Origin: a virus
Virus record (IMG/VR): IMGVR_UViG_3300045988_066710
Strand: one strand, 5' to 3'
Length of the DNA stretch: 64,000 nt
A program made the position numbers and the translations under genes. Below, piece by piece: positions 42,324 through 55,100 of this stretch (positions within the stretch are counted from its first letter, which is position 1; each line of letters begins with the position of its first letter). The notes beneath the pieces were generated by a model that had not been told where the DNA came from, did not search any database, and was given only the letters and a program-made list of their open reading frames with translations.

Positions 42324-45191
42324 ATAACAAAACAACCAACTGAGGATAAGTATTCTATGCAACATATTAGAATAAAGGGATTCTTACCTAGACAAGTAGG
42401 TAGTGTAATTATATTACCTAAAGAGATTACTTCTTTAGCAGGAAGTGACTATGATGTTGATAAGGTTTATGTAATGTTTCATAGTTTATTTACTAAGAAT
42501 AACTATAACATTAAGAAAGCTTGGGATGATTTTTATCAATTAGAATCAAGTAAAGATATTCTTGAAGAAATTGATAAGAATTATGGTGAGGCTTTACAGC
42601 AATATATTGCTGAACAAACTGAAGGAGAACCTTTAGATTCTGAGGATTTAAATGATTTAGCAGAAGAATTTAAAGGCTGGTTAAAAGATAATAATGTCAA
42701 GAGATATAATTTATCTGAAACTGCTCAAACAAGATTCTCTGAATGGTTTAATAAAAACAAATCCAAGTACTTAATAAATAGTTCTTTTAGTACATATGAT
42801 TATGACTTTGATAAAATAAAAGGAAATGACAAGTTAAGTATTTATAATAATGCAAAGGCTAATAGTAAGAAACAAAGAGATTCTTTGATGATTGACCTTA
42901 TGTGGAGTGTATTATCACATAAAGATACTGCTAAGAGTATTCTAGAACCTGGTGGTTTTGATAAACCAAAAAAGGCTGCTAGAATTAATACTATCTTATA
43001 TAATATTGATAAAGAAACTCTTACTAAATTAGGAGGTTTAAAAGGACTTGAGAAACTTAGTCTTGATGAACTTGATAATTTAGCAGATAAATATAAGGAA
43101 AAACTTAATCCATTAGTACCTACTACTTGGGTTACTCTTCATCAAAGAAATATGTCTGGTGCATCACTTATCCCTATGGCTGCTACTAATAATGCTTCTC
43201 ATGCATTAATGCAGCAGACTAAACTTGGTATTAAAGGTGAATATCAGTTGACATTTAATGGTCATAAATATAACTCTTTACATGATATTAAGAATGCAGA
43301 TAATGAGTTTATTACCAGAAATATTGCTAGTTTCTTAGCAGCCTTTGTAGATAATGCAAAAGACCCTATTGCAGGTGATATGAACTTCAATGAAATTACT
43401 GCTTCTAGTGCATTTGCATTATTAAGAATGGGTGTAGGAATTAATACTATGTCACTTATAATTAATCAACCTATTGTAAGAGATATAGTAAAAGAAGTAC
43501 AAAATAATAGAGTATCATTAGCAGAAGCTATTATTAATACTATTAATAAATATAAGAACTATAATAATGGTACTAATGTTAATAGTTACTATACTAAAAT
43601 AGAAGATTATAATTTTAAAGATGAAGACTTAGCAAGTAATATTATAGCAAGAAAAGATGCAGATACAGCTAATACTAGTGAAGGTCATGAATTCTATGCT
43701 AATCAATTAAAAGTAGGCTTTATGTTTGCAAGACTTAATAAATTAGCAGGTGATTTGAATGAATTTACTAATGCTACTAGAGCTGATACTCAAAATGGTG
43801 GAGCAGGACCTTATATCTCTTCAGATATAATTAATATTGAGAAAGTTGAAAAATTATTGATGGCTCCTATAAAAGATGCTAATTACTCTCTTACAGGAAC
43901 ATTAGGATTACTTTCATTTAATTTAAATGAAGAAGGTATTATTAATAGTCCATTACCTATATTACAGGCATTCTTTACCTATGGTGTAGAATCTACTGAG
44001 AAGTTATTCAATAAGTATTTTCCATACTATAATAATACTTATACTAGTATTATAAGTACTATAAAAGATATGACTAGATATGGTAATTTAAATGAAAAGC
44101 AGAGAAATAGTATATATAATGATTTTATCAGTTATATGCTAGCAGAAACTAGTGAATATAATTATAAAGATGAGGAAGGTAATCCTATATCTGAAAGAAA
44201 ATATTATATCACTAAATTCCCTGCTGAGTTTGATGCTTTCAAAAAAGCTCATCCAGAGTTATCTCAGTTACCTATTATAAACAGAGTAAAATATAATAAG
44301 TTTACTAAATATAATCCAGCACCATCTCTTACCTTTAGTAATGTAGGTAGAATTACTGATATACAGAAGCAAGACTATATTAGAAGTTGGGAAACACTTA
44401 TGAATATTAATGATGAATGTAGGGATATGGCTATTAAGTTATTTCTTTACTGCAATTATAAAGGTTTAGGTTTTAGTCCTAATGGATTTAGTCATTTAGC
44501 TCCTGTAGCAGTAAAAGAGAATACTGGTAATTATATAGAAACTCTTGAAGATATGTACTTTGAGAAAGCTGATGTAACTACTTTTATAGGTCAATATTTT
44601 AGAAATCATTTAGATGATAGAACATTAGTACCAGATATTACTGGGGCATCTTATGTAAGTGAAGTTAATCTTGAAACAGAAAATTTTGATGTTAAAGTTG
44701 ATTTCAATTCATCTATGGATGATAAAAAAATTGCTAAACCATTTGATGATAAAAGTGCTCCTGAATATTTACCTTATGTTCATATTAATTATAAGGGGGC
44801 TGATTTATACTTTGAAAGAGTAAATGAAGCTAAAGATTTAATAGCTTCTTATCAAAGAATACAACCTTTAGGAGTAAAGAATCAATATGTAGAGTATGAT
44901 AGTAATGCTAGTGAAGATATGGAATCAGTAGTACCTAAACCACAAGCATATAAAGCTAATCTTAATGATTATGTTGATAATACAGATATTACAGATAATC
45001 AAGATATGGCTAATTTTGTTATGGAACAACAGCAATCTGCACAAGCAAGTTTACTTGCTGTAATTAAACAGAAAGCTGCTGAAAATGGTTATACTGAATC
45101 ACAACCTATTGATAAACTAGAGCAACTTCCTCCTATAACAGAGGATGAACAAGGAAATAAATTCTGTGATAATGTAATAGCAAGATTATAA
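42324..45191 (+). CDS. giant virion-type RNA polymerase protein, exon 2 (contains DYDVD metal-binding motif)
   Basis: Reading resumes as ITKQPTEDKYSMQHIRIKGF..., with LAGSDYDVDKVYV at nt 42447-42461 (the DxDxD of the catalytic double-psi beta-barrel). The track's GTG start at 42279 lies within intron P9 and is not coding. Confidence 0.8.
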   Translation: MTKQPTEDKYSMQHIRIKGFLPRQVGSVIILPKEITSLAGSDYDVDKVYVMFHSLFTKNNYNIKKAWDDFYQLESSKDILEEIDKNYGEALQQYIAEQTEGEPLDSEDLNDLAEEFKGWLKDNNVKRYNLSETAQTRFSEWFNKNKSKYLINSSFSTYDYDFDKIKGNDKLSIYNNAKANSKKQRDSLMIDLMWSVLSHKDTAKSILEPGGFDKPKKAARINTILYNIDKETLTKLGGLKGLEKLSLDELDNLADKYKEKLNPLVPTTWVTLHQRNMSGASLIPMAATNNASHALMQQTKLGIKGEYQLTFNGHKYNSLHDIKNADNEFITRNIASFLAAFVDNAKDPIAGDMNFNEITASSAFALLRMGVGINTMSLIINQPIVRDIVKEVQNNRVSLAEAIINTINKYKNYNNGTNVNSYYTKIEDYNFKDEDLASNIIARKDADTANTSEGHEFYANQLKVGFMFARLNKLAGDLNEFTNATRADTQNGGAGPYISSDIINIEKVEKLLMAPIKDANYSLTGTLGLLSFNLNEEGIINSPLPILQAFFTYGVESTEKLFNKYFPYYNNTYTSIISTIKDMTRYGNLNEKQRNSIYNDFISYMLAETSEYNYKDEEGNPISERKYYITKFPAEFDAFKKAHPELSQLPIINRVKYNKFTKYNPAPSLTFSNVGRITDIQKQDYIRSWETLMNINDECRDMAIKLFLYCNYKGLGFSPNGFSHLAPVAVKENTGNYIETLEDMYFEKADVTTFIGQYFRNHLDDRTLVPDITGASYVSEVNLETENFDVKVDFNSSMDDKKIAKPFDDKSAPEYLPYVHINYKGADLYFERVNEAKDLIASYQRIQPLGVKNQYVEYDSNASEDMESVVPKPQAYKANLNDYVDNTDITDNQDMANFVMEQQQSAQASLLAVIKQKAAENGYTESQPIDKLEQLPPITEDEQGNKFCDNVIARL

Positions 45192-45192
45192 T

Positions 45193-48100
45193 ATGAGTAA
45201 ATGTACATTTATACCAACAAATAAAGAGGGGAATATCCCCTCTTTATTTACACAATTAAAAAGTTATTTTGGAAATACTAAACAAGCATTATATTACTGG
45301 CAGAGAGTTAAATCTCCAGAGTTTAGTAAAACATTTCCAAATGTTAGATATGATAATGAAGGTAATCCATTAATGGAAGACCTAATGTATAAAGTTGGCT
45401 TGGATGGTCTTAAAGATGAGCTTAGCCAGCTAAAAAATTTGAATCAGCATAATAGTCCTGTAGCTAGAAATTATACTAATGTAATGAATCTAGAGGAACA
45501 AGCTGTGTCATTTAATAGAAATAGTCCTTATAGAAGTAAGTTCTTTGCAACAGTAACTAATGTAGAGGATAAAGTAAAGTTATCTATAAGACCTATAAGA
45601 GAAAATAAAGAAGATATAACTCATAAGATTGAATTCAATAGTAAGTTAAATAGGAGATTAGAAGGACTATTATCTGACTGGGGTATAGGAGTCGGTGCAT
45701 TAAGTGAACTTGAAGAAAAACAAGGAATTAATGGTATAACAGATTTTGATTGTGCAATAACTACTGCTAATGGTTTAAAAACTTTAATTAGAGTAGCTAA
45801 AGGTCAAAGAGGTCAAGATGTATTACCAGAAGAGTTTGCACACTTTGCAATAGAAGCAGTAGACACTCCATTAAAAGCTAGAATGACTAATGTACTTAGT
45901 GATGAGAATATACTTGAGAGAATCTTTGGTGATACATATCAAGATTATATGAATAAGTACAATAATAATCTTGACTTAATGGCTGTAGAAGCATTAGGTA
46001 AGATTATGGCTGATGTACTTAATGATAAGGAAGTATTTAATCCTAATAAAAGATTATTTGATAGGTATCTTAATCAAGTAAAAGATAAATTCAAAGATAA
46101 GAATACTGATGATATTGATAAAATAATTAATGAAGTTAAAGTTCAAGTATATGATTTAGCTAATGATATAGTAAATAACAGATATACTATGAATATTAGT
46201 ACTAAAGAACATAATACTAAGTTATATAATCTTACAAGTAATGTTAATAAATCAGCTAAAATACTTGAAAAAATTCTTGAACAAGAGCTAAAGAGATTGA
46301 AAGTATATGGTGATAAGAAAGATTTTGGTGCTGCTCAGCAAGTATTTATAAATAAATTACAAGCAGATTTACAGAATCATCAAGAGATACAAGGTATTCT
46401 TGAATATATGGATAATAGTCTTAGTGTTCTTGGTAATCTTGAAAAGAGAATGGCTAAAATTGGTAGTGGTGAATTATCAAAAGAAGAAGAATTTAAAGCT
46501 CTTAGAAATGTAAGAAACTATCTTAATTCATATGGTGTCATTATGAATGACATTAGAAAACAGATGAATGAAGCTTCTAGAGAAGGAGATGATAGCATTA
46601 AAGAAAATATTAAGGATATTCTTAATCAGAATGATATTATAATAAAGGACTTATCATCAGATTTCTATGAGATAGCTAAAGATAAGTTTACTGAATTTAT
46701 AAGACCATTTGTTGGTGACGGTTTAGCTATAACTATTGGTAGAGATAGATATAAGAAAACTTATACAGCAGAAGAATTAGTAACTTCTATGGATAGAGAT
46801 ATTACCTTAGCTGATAGATGGTTAGATTCAATGGCAGATTCTTCTGACCCTATGTTACAGATTTATGACCAAGTTGTAAAGAAACAAAAAGGGGAAGCTA
46901 GACTTGATACTATTGAAATGGCTAAAGAAATTCAAGCTAAAGTCAAAGAACTTGAAGATAGAGGAGTAACTGATACTTCCTTTATGTATGAAAGAGATGA
47001 AAATGGTAATCTTACAGGTTATTTTGTACAAAAGATTTGGTGGAGTAAATATAAGAATGCTAAGAATACATTCTTTAAAAAGTTAAAAGAGAAATATGGA
47101 GATAATCCTGAAGGCTTTGAAAAGATTGCAAGAGATAATGAAATCAATGAATGGTATAAGGAAAATACCTATAAAGATAAATTTGGTAATAGAAGACCTC
47201 TTATAGAAAAGTATGCTAATCCTGCTTGGAATAAACTTACAGAAGCACAGAAAGAATATCATAGTTATATGATGGAATTAAAGTCTAAACTTGATGGTGT
47301 ATTACCTAATTCTTCTAGTGTATCTGTAGGTAAAGCTCCCCAGATAAGAAGAGATTTCTTACAGAGATTTACTGGTTCTTCATTATCTAGTCAAGGTAAA
47401 TACTTCTGGGAGAATATGAAAGATTCTCTTGTAAGAAGAGAAGATGATGTTGAGTATCTTGATAAATCTGTAGTAATGGATTTTGAAGGTAATCAGGTAA
47501 TGATGTTACCAGTATATTATACTAAGGATTTGCAGGATATGAATGACTTATCTCTTGATACTACATCATCTATGATAGCTTATATGGCTATGGTAAATGA
47601 CTTTAATAGAATGAATGAAGTTATTGATACTCTTGAAGTAGGAAGACTTGTATTAGCAGAAAGAAGAGTTAATCAGACAGAAGGTAATAAGACTAAGACT
47701 GAACATTTTAATGTATTAGGAAGACAGATACATAATGTACTTACTAAGAAAGGAGATTCTACATACTTTATACAGAAATTAAATACATTTATGGAAATGC
47801 AAGTCTATGGTATTACTCATAAAGATGAAGGTTCTTTAGGTAAAGTAGATGTAGCTAAAGGTGCAGATTTCTTGAATAGAATGACATCATTAGGTACTAC
47901 AGCTTTAAGTGTTCTTACTGGTACTGCTAACTTATTACAGAACTTAACTATTGATAGAATTGAAGCTACTAGTGGTAAATTCTTTAATCATTCAGAGTTA
48001 ACTAAAGCAGAAGCTATATATGCTAAGGAATTACCTGCATTCTTAGGAGAATTTGGTAATAGAATAAAGACTAATAAACTAGCTTTATTCAGTGAATTAT

Positions 48101-49128
48101 TTAATGTTCCTCAGAATTATAAGTCAAGTGTAAGAGATGTACAATGGAATAGAAAGACTTGGGCTTCAAGATTATTTAATAGTAATGCTCTTTGGTTTAC
48201 TACCAGTGCAGGAGACCATTTTGTACAACATAGAGCTGCTATTGCTTTAGCATTAAGATATAAATTAAAGGATAAAAATGGTAATTCTATTGATTTATGG
48301 GATGCTTTAGAAGTAGTTCCTATTAATAAAGATAAACCTAAATTAGGTGCTAAGTTACAGATAAAACCAGGTATTACCAAGATGGATGGTAGTGCTTTTA
48401 CTAGAGCCGATATTATTAAATTCAGTAATCAAAATAGAGCAGTTCAGAATATGAATTATGGTATCTACAATGATGAAGATAAAAATGCTTTACAACAAAG
48501 AGCAGCAGGAAGACTTATAATGTTCTATAGAAACTGGATGAGACCTTTATATCTTAATAGATTTGGTAGAGGTAAATATAATTATGATTTACAGGACTAT
48601 ACTGAAGGTTATTATATGACTATGGGTAGATTTATATATCAATCTATGAAAGACCTTAAACAATCAGAGTTTGATATTATCAGGCAATGGAAACATTTAT
48701 CTGATATTGAAAAGGGTAATATAAAGAAAGGTCTTACTGAATTAGGTTTCTATTGGTCATTATATGCTATTATTGCTGCATTAGGTGTAGCAGGAGGCGA
48801 TGATGGTAAACATAAACCTTGGTTTGCAAGAATGTCAAGTTATGCTTTACTTAGATTAAGAACTGATATGGGAGTATTATTACCTAGTCCTTCAATGATT
48901 GATGAGGGATTGAAGTTCTTTAAATCTCCATTTGCATCAATATCTTATATAACTAAATTAAGAAAGATATTAAATTTAGTTGACCCATCTGTATATACAA
49001 CTACTGTTAATAGTGGTATATATAAAGGATATACAGAAGCAGAAAAGATTGGTTTAGATTTATTACCATTCAGAAAACAGATTGTTAATTCATTAAATCC
49101 AGATGAACCAGCAAGATATTATAAATAA
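45193..49128 (+). CDS. very large virion-associated protein co-transcribed with the RNAP (function unknown; C-terminal hydrophobic segment)
   Basis: 1311-aa ORF starting 2 nt after the RNAP stop. It has extended coiled-coil-like regions and a TM-like run, GFYWSLYAIIAALGVAGG. Confidence 0.7.
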   Translation: MSKCTFIPTNKEGNIPSLFTQLKSYFGNTKQALYYWQRVKSPEFSKTFPNVRYDNEGNPLMEDLMYKVGLDGLKDELSQLKNLNQHNSPVARNYTNVMNLEEQAVSFNRNSPYRSKFFATVTNVEDKVKLSIRPIRENKEDITHKIEFNSKLNRRLEGLLSDWGIGVGALSELEEKQGINGITDFDCAITTANGLKTLIRVAKGQRGQDVLPEEFAHFAIEAVDTPLKARMTNVLSDENILERIFGDTYQDYMNKYNNNLDLMAVEALGKIMADVLNDKEVFNPNKRLFDRYLNQVKDKFKDKNTDDIDKIINEVKVQVYDLANDIVNNRYTMNISTKEHNTKLYNLTSNVNKSAKILEKILEQELKRLKVYGDKKDFGAAQQVFINKLQADLQNHQEIQGILEYMDNSLSVLGNLEKRMAKIGSGELSKEEEFKALRNVRNYLNSYGVIMNDIRKQMNEASREGDDSIKENIKDILNQNDIIIKDLSSDFYEIAKDKFTEFIRPFVGDGLAITIGRDRYKKTYTAEELVTSMDRDITLADRWLDSMADSSDPMLQIYDQVVKKQKGEARLDTIEMAKEIQAKVKELEDRGVTDTSFMYERDENGNLTGYFVQKIWWSKYKNAKNTFFKKLKEKYGDNPEGFEKIARDNEINEWYKENTYKDKFGNRRPLIEKYANPAWNKLTEAQKEYHSYMMELKSKLDGVLPNSSSVSVGKAPQIRRDFLQRFTGSSLSSQGKYFWENMKDSLVRREDDVEYLDKSVVMDFEGNQVMMLPVYYTKDLQDMNDLSLDTTSSMIAYMAMVNDFNRMNEVIDTLEVGRLVLAERRVNQTEGNKTKTEHFNVLGRQIHNVLTKKGDSTYFIQKLNTFMEMQVYGITHKDEGSLGKVDVAKGADFLNRMTSLGTTALSVLTGTANLLQNLTIDRIEATSGKFFNHSELTKAEAIYAKELPAFLGEFGNRIKTNKLALFSELFNVPQNYKSSVRDVQWNRKTWASRLFNSNALWFTTSAGDHFVQHRAAIALALRYKLKDKNGNSIDLWDALEVVPINKDKPKLGAKLQIKPGITKMDGSAFTRADIIKFSNQNRAVQNMNYGIYNDEDKNALQQRAAGRLIMFYRNWMRPLYLNRFGRGKYNYDLQDYTEGYYMTMGRFIYQSMKDLKQSEFDIIRQWKHLSDIEKGNIKKGLTELGFYWSLYAIIAALGVAGGDDGKHKPWFARMSSYALLRLRTDMGVLLPSPSMIDEGLKFFKSPFASISYITKLRKILNLVDPSVYTTTVNSGIYKGYTEAEKIGLDLLPFRKQIVNSLNPDEPARYYK

Positions 49129-49133
49129 AAAAT

Positions 49134-49164
49134 AAGGGAGGAGGTTTACACCTTCTCCCTTTTT
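49134..49164. terminator. bidirectional terminator between convergent operons
   Basis: aagggaggagg (49134-49144) pairs with ccttctccctt (49151-49161; one G-U). It is flanked by an A-run upstream and a T-run downstream, so it presents a hairpin plus U-tract on both strands. Confidence 0.75.
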
Positions 49165-49168
49165 TATT

Positions 49169-52100
49169 TTAGCTTAAACAATTAAGTTCTGATTCTCTTT
49201 GCTTTGGTAACATATTGTTCCAATCTGTTTCATTCATATTCATAAGTTTAAGTAAGTCTCTAGTATCATTACTTAATTCATTCCACTTCTTTAATGCTTC
49301 AGGATTATCTACTACAATATTACCATCTACATTTCTACCAGTTTGTTCTTCTACATCTGTTCTAGGCTTTATTTCTTCTTTACCCAATGTACCATCAGGA
49401 GCTTCCTTATTATAAGTATTGAGTAAACTCATTGCTTTTAATAAATCTTCCTCAGCACTCTGTGGTCCTGTAGGAGTAGCATTAGACTTAGTATTATCTA
49501 CAACATTAATAGGAGTAGCTGAAATTACAGTTTTAGTATTAGAATTATTTAATATATCTAATACTTGTTTAGTTACTTCTTCTTTACTATTACTAAAATC
49601 AGTATTAATTAAAGTATTCTTTATATATTCTTTATTTGAATCTGTAAGAGTACCTTTTACATTAATAATAATACCATTAGTACCTCTATTATTACCAAAC
49701 TTCTCTGCATTTCTATAAGATATAATAGTTACTACACTACCATCTTTCATCTTAACTTCACTAAATACAGGAACTGTTTTATCTTTACTCCAAACTCTAG
49801 GGTCTTCACTAACACCTCTCCAACCATCAGTAATATTAATAGTGCCAGTACCAAATTCACCACCTATAAATACATTATTAGTATCATAATTAATTTTAAC
49901 TTCTGGTTTAATTTCTGGTTTAATTTCTTCTTGAGGTTTAGCATTAACTATACCTGCTTGAATAAATGCAGCTTTATTAGCCTGTATAGTACTAGCCCAA
50001 GTACTTTTACTTTCTTCTAATTGTTTATCAGTAAGTAATTCTCTTCTACCATTCATATAAGTAACTTCACCATTAGGAAATACCATATAAGGGGAATAGA
50101 AAGTAGTAATTTTCTTGGTAGAATTATTAGTAGATTTAACTTCTTCTATATAAGCTTTAATTTCACTACCATTAATAGTAGTTACTACAGGTAAAGTACT
50201 TATATCTACTTTAACTTTCTTAGTAGGACTTAATTCTAATGTTTTAACATTACTTACAGGAATAGTATTGTTATCTACTTTAGGAGTACTTACAGTAGTA
50301 CCTTGCATAAATTCACTAGGTTGATAGGTAATATTGACTGTTGGTTCTGCATTAAATGCAGTAATACCTTTATCATTATAATTGATAATTAAAGGTATTA
50401 AAGCCATATCAACTATAGGTGTACCATATCTACTAGTAAATAAGTCATTATAAGCACTTAATTGTCTAGTATATTGCTCTTGAGTACTTCTTATTTGTCT
50501 ATTATGCCATACAGTAGTATAATGAGTATCAAGCTTACCTTCATCAGTATAGAATCTATACTTAGATGTCTTGAAATCATAGAATCTAAATTCTCCTGTA
50601 TATTTATTATAAGTCAACAAGTCTAACTCTCCAGCAATTCTCTTATCACCAATCTTATTAAATACAACTATACCATTAGCAATAGGAATTTCACCATTAT
50701 TATCAAAGTATTCCTTCAATGATTTAGCTCTTGATTTAAATCTTTCAAATACTTCATTAGACATATTATCTGGCTTCTGTATAGCATCAATTTCTCCTTC
50801 AAAAGATTGTCTCATTAAATCATCAAATTCCTGACCATATTGTAAAGCTAAAGTATTAGGAGTTTGATTCTCATCTCTCTTCCAAGATTCACCTATTACA
50901 TTATGTACACCTTCATACTCATGATATTGACCATCATCTTCAAGTATTTGATATATATGTCCTTCTCTACCTTCAATAGTATTATCAGGTCTTCCATTAT
51001 CTAATCTCTTAACTTTAGCTTGGTCTTCCTTTAATCTATTTAAAGTATAATTCATTTTATCTATAACAGTAGGTCTATTATTCATATTATCCTCATACAT
51101 CTGCTTCTGCTTTTCAGTAGCATAAGATTTATGAGTTACATCCATATAATGACCATTAACTTTAGTAATACCATTATAGATATAAGGACCATTTACTGCA
51201 TTACCATTAAGCTCATAAGCAGCAGCTAAATCAAATATTAAATTAGTTCTTTTAGGTACTACAACACTTTCACTACTGTCATAGATTTTACCATCTCTTA
51301 CAAAGTAAGTATTCTTACCTAATGTTACTTTAGTACCTTCCTTATTTCCTGTAGGAGAGAATGTACCTTTAGGATTAATAGCATCTTTCTGATTACCTTC
51401 TTCATCATAATAATTGGTAGTAAACCAACTATTAGTCATTTGAGTATCTACTAAGTGAGTATAAAGTATATCATCATTAACTAATTTTTCATTGTAATCT
51501 CCCTTATTAATCTCATTCTTATCAATATTAAAAGGAGTATTTAATGAATATAAATATTTAAGTATTTCATTATAAACATGAGTAGGGTCTGTCTGAGTAG
51601 CAGCACTACCTCCAATAGAACCATCTACATTTAATGTAAAACTACCAGTGTTATTTTCTAAGTTAATATTCTTTGTACCTTGAGGACCACCTTTAAGAGA
51701 TAGGAATATAGTACCTTTATAGCTGAATATATTCATATGAAAGCTATTAGGTAAATATAATTGCTGACATAAATCTATGAATAATTCAGTACACTTATCA
51801 GGATTAGTAGTTTTACTTAATTCATCAATAATTCTATGTATTTCTCTTGCTCTAGAATTATTAGTATCCTTTAATTTATTTAAATCAAATTCTTCTTCAT
51901 TGAAATGTTTTACTCTAATAGGTTTAGGAGAATAAGTACTTCTACTATTCTTTAATAATAAATATACCTTACCATCAGCTTGACTTCTATTATAAGGTTT
52001 CTCAGTAGTCAAATCCTTATTGGTTATTAACTCTCTGTTACTAACTATACCTAACTGTATAGGAGTACCATTCATAAGGTCTTTAATAGGTCTTGTCTGG

Positions 52101-55100
52101 TCTTCAGTATATTTAAACTGACCTAACATAATCTTAGAAACATTAAGTTTTATTTCTTCTCCTTTTATTACTCTTTCTCTAACATTTTTAAGACCTACAT
52201 AATTACCTTTTATAGCTGTAGCTGTAGATGGTAGTATACCTACCACTTGGTCATTATGATACATTACTACTTCATCATAATTACCTATCTTCTCATGCTT
52301 TAAAGTGAGTTCATCACCTACTTTTAAGTTACCCTTATTAACATAATCAAATGCACCTTTACTAACTAAATACTGATAAATATCCTTATAATTAGGATTA
52401 GCTATATCAAAATTAGTAAATGTATTAGCTGCATATTCAGAAATAGCAGGTTTATAATAATACTTTTCTGCTGACTTTTCTACATTTTCTACATCAGTTT
52501 TTAACTCAGTCAAGTTATTAGTATTCTCTTGTCTTTCAGTTAATACTGGTCTATCAGGTTGAATACTATTAAGCACTTTATTTACTTCTTCATAAAGAGT
52601 ATCTCTAGTCTTAGCATCTACTTCTTTAGCATATAAGTTATATAAATCTTCAATAGCTTTTCTAACTTCTTCATATGTAGCTTTATTACTATTATAATTA
52701 TCTATAATCTTATTAGCTTTATCCCAGAAATTCTTTGCATTAGGTCTATTAATATTTTCTGTTGCAGTTCTTAATGGTGATAATATATCCTGTTTCTCCT
52801 GTACAGGAGCAGTAGAATTATCATCAGCTCCAGTCTTTTCACCATTAGTATCAATAGTAAACTTTGAATGCTCTACTTTCTTATCATCTGGAATAGACTG
52901 TTTATCAGACATATCTTTAATAGCAGCAACCATAGCATTATTCAACTGCTGAGTATAATAATCATTGGTCAATAAATCTTCATTATCTGTTATCTGATAA
53001 TCAGGATTAGTTAACTCTTCATAAGAAGTACTATTATTATATTTCTCTTGTGCATAAGTCTTTAATTGTGCTTTATCTTCATCATCAATATCAAGTTTAT
53101 CAATAGCATTATTAACACTATTCATAAAGCTTTTAGACTTAGCATAAGTACTACCTAATTCAGTATTATTATTAGTTAATATACTTGCATCTTCAATATT
53201 CTCTTCTTTAAATATATTATCAATATCTTTATAAGTAGTAGCATTGCTGACCTTATCAAGTATTCTTCTTACATCTAAGTCTTTCTGTTTTCTTTGATTC
53301 TGATTATCTATATTAGCATGAGCTTCATCTATTTTACCAGGATTAAGCATATATTCAATAAGCTTTTCCTTATATGATTTTCTAGCTTTACCTATCTTAA
53401 TTAAATCATTTAAATCTTTACTAAATCTATTATATTCATCAGCATCAATACCTAAAGAATTCTTTGCTATATCTTTAAGGGATTTTACATTAAGACTCTT
53501 ATCTGATATAAGTAAATCTGGATTTTCACTATTATTGAATAACTCTAATACTTTTATAGTATTTTCTATATCATTAAGCTTTCTCTTATTACTATTATAT
53601 TCCTTAGCATCTTTCTCAGATGTAAGTTTAGTATTATTATCATTAAGCACAGTTCTTACATCAGTAAGCTGCTTAATAATCTTTGATATAGTATTCTTAT
53701 TGTTATCTCTGATAGAAGAACCTCTTTCTTTCCAGTCATTAAGACTACTCTTTAAATAGATAAGCTCATTTAACTGTTCATCACTTAATGTATTATTTGA
53801 AGCTTCAATTAAGTCATTCTTAGTCTGTTTATATTCATTAATCTTATCTAAGAATTCAGTCTTAGCTTTATTCATCTGATTAGTTATTTCTTCATCAGAC
53901 AATTTATTACCATTCTCATCAGTATAAGGACTTATATAATAATCTTTTGCAGTATTTATTTTATGCTGAATATCTACTTCTTCCTGCTTTAATCTAACAA
54001 GTTCACTAGCATCATTAGTATTTGCTTGTGCCTGTTGATTAGCATTTAACTGTTCTGTAAGTTGATTTACCTGTTCATCCTTAGATACTTGTCTACCTGT
54101 ATTTTTAATAATAGATTCTATGTTTTCATTGGAAGTATCACCTAGACCTTGATTAATCATTTCAACTAAATCATCAAGTTTACCTACACTATCAAACATA
54201 GTTATATCTGATATTAATTGTGAATTCTCTGCATTCTTAAATTCAAATTCATCATTATTTTGTGTAGCATTATTCATTGCTTTCTGGAAACCTTGATGTC
54301 TTACATAACCATCATAATAAGCTTTAAATTCAGGTGAATTTACTCTTTCATTAAGTTTATCTGCTATAGCTTGTTCTCTAGCAATTCTTTGAGTAACATC
54401 TCTATATTCTCCTAAAATACCACCTTCAATAGTAATAGGACTTTGGAATTTACCTTCTTTAGTAAATGACCTAAATCTAGGCATACCCATAGCACCCGTC
54501 ATAGCACCTACTAAGAATTGTTCCCAAGTAGATTGGTCTCCCATAGTTTCAGTAAAAGCTTGCATAGAAGCTTTTAACCAAGAATTAGCCTCCTGTCTAT
54601 TATTAGGGTCAGTAAGTGCTTTATAATAATTATCTACATCAGTCTTATAATAATCAGCAGATATATTACTTGCTAACTGCTGATTAACTTCTTCCATACC
54701 TTCTGATATAGGATTTTTTAATGCAGCAGTATATATTTCACTCTTAGTAGTTTTAGGTGCATATTTACCTAAAGTACCTGTTATTCCTCTACCACCAATA
54801 TTCTCTTCTATCTGTTGTGCTCTTCTTGCAGTTTTAAATCCTCTACCATACATCTTACCAAACTGTATTAAGTTTGATATAGTAAGTATAGGAATATTTA
54901 AAGCTAAATCCACATTACCCATATGAACTCTATCCTCAGATAATTTAGTCATAGCTTTATTATAATTATCATTTTCCTGTGCTACAAGATTATTATACAT
55001 TTCAGTACCATAATAATTATCTTGTATTGACTTTAATCTTTCATTATGTTGATTAAGTAAATCAGATGATACTGCTTTATAATATTCTCTACTATTATTT

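Noticed and set aside
49901-49924. A 12-nt tandem repeat, ttctggtttaat x2.
   Set aside because: It lies inside the 2240-aa gene and simply encodes EIKPEIKPE. It is too short to be a regulatory or CRISPR-like repeat.
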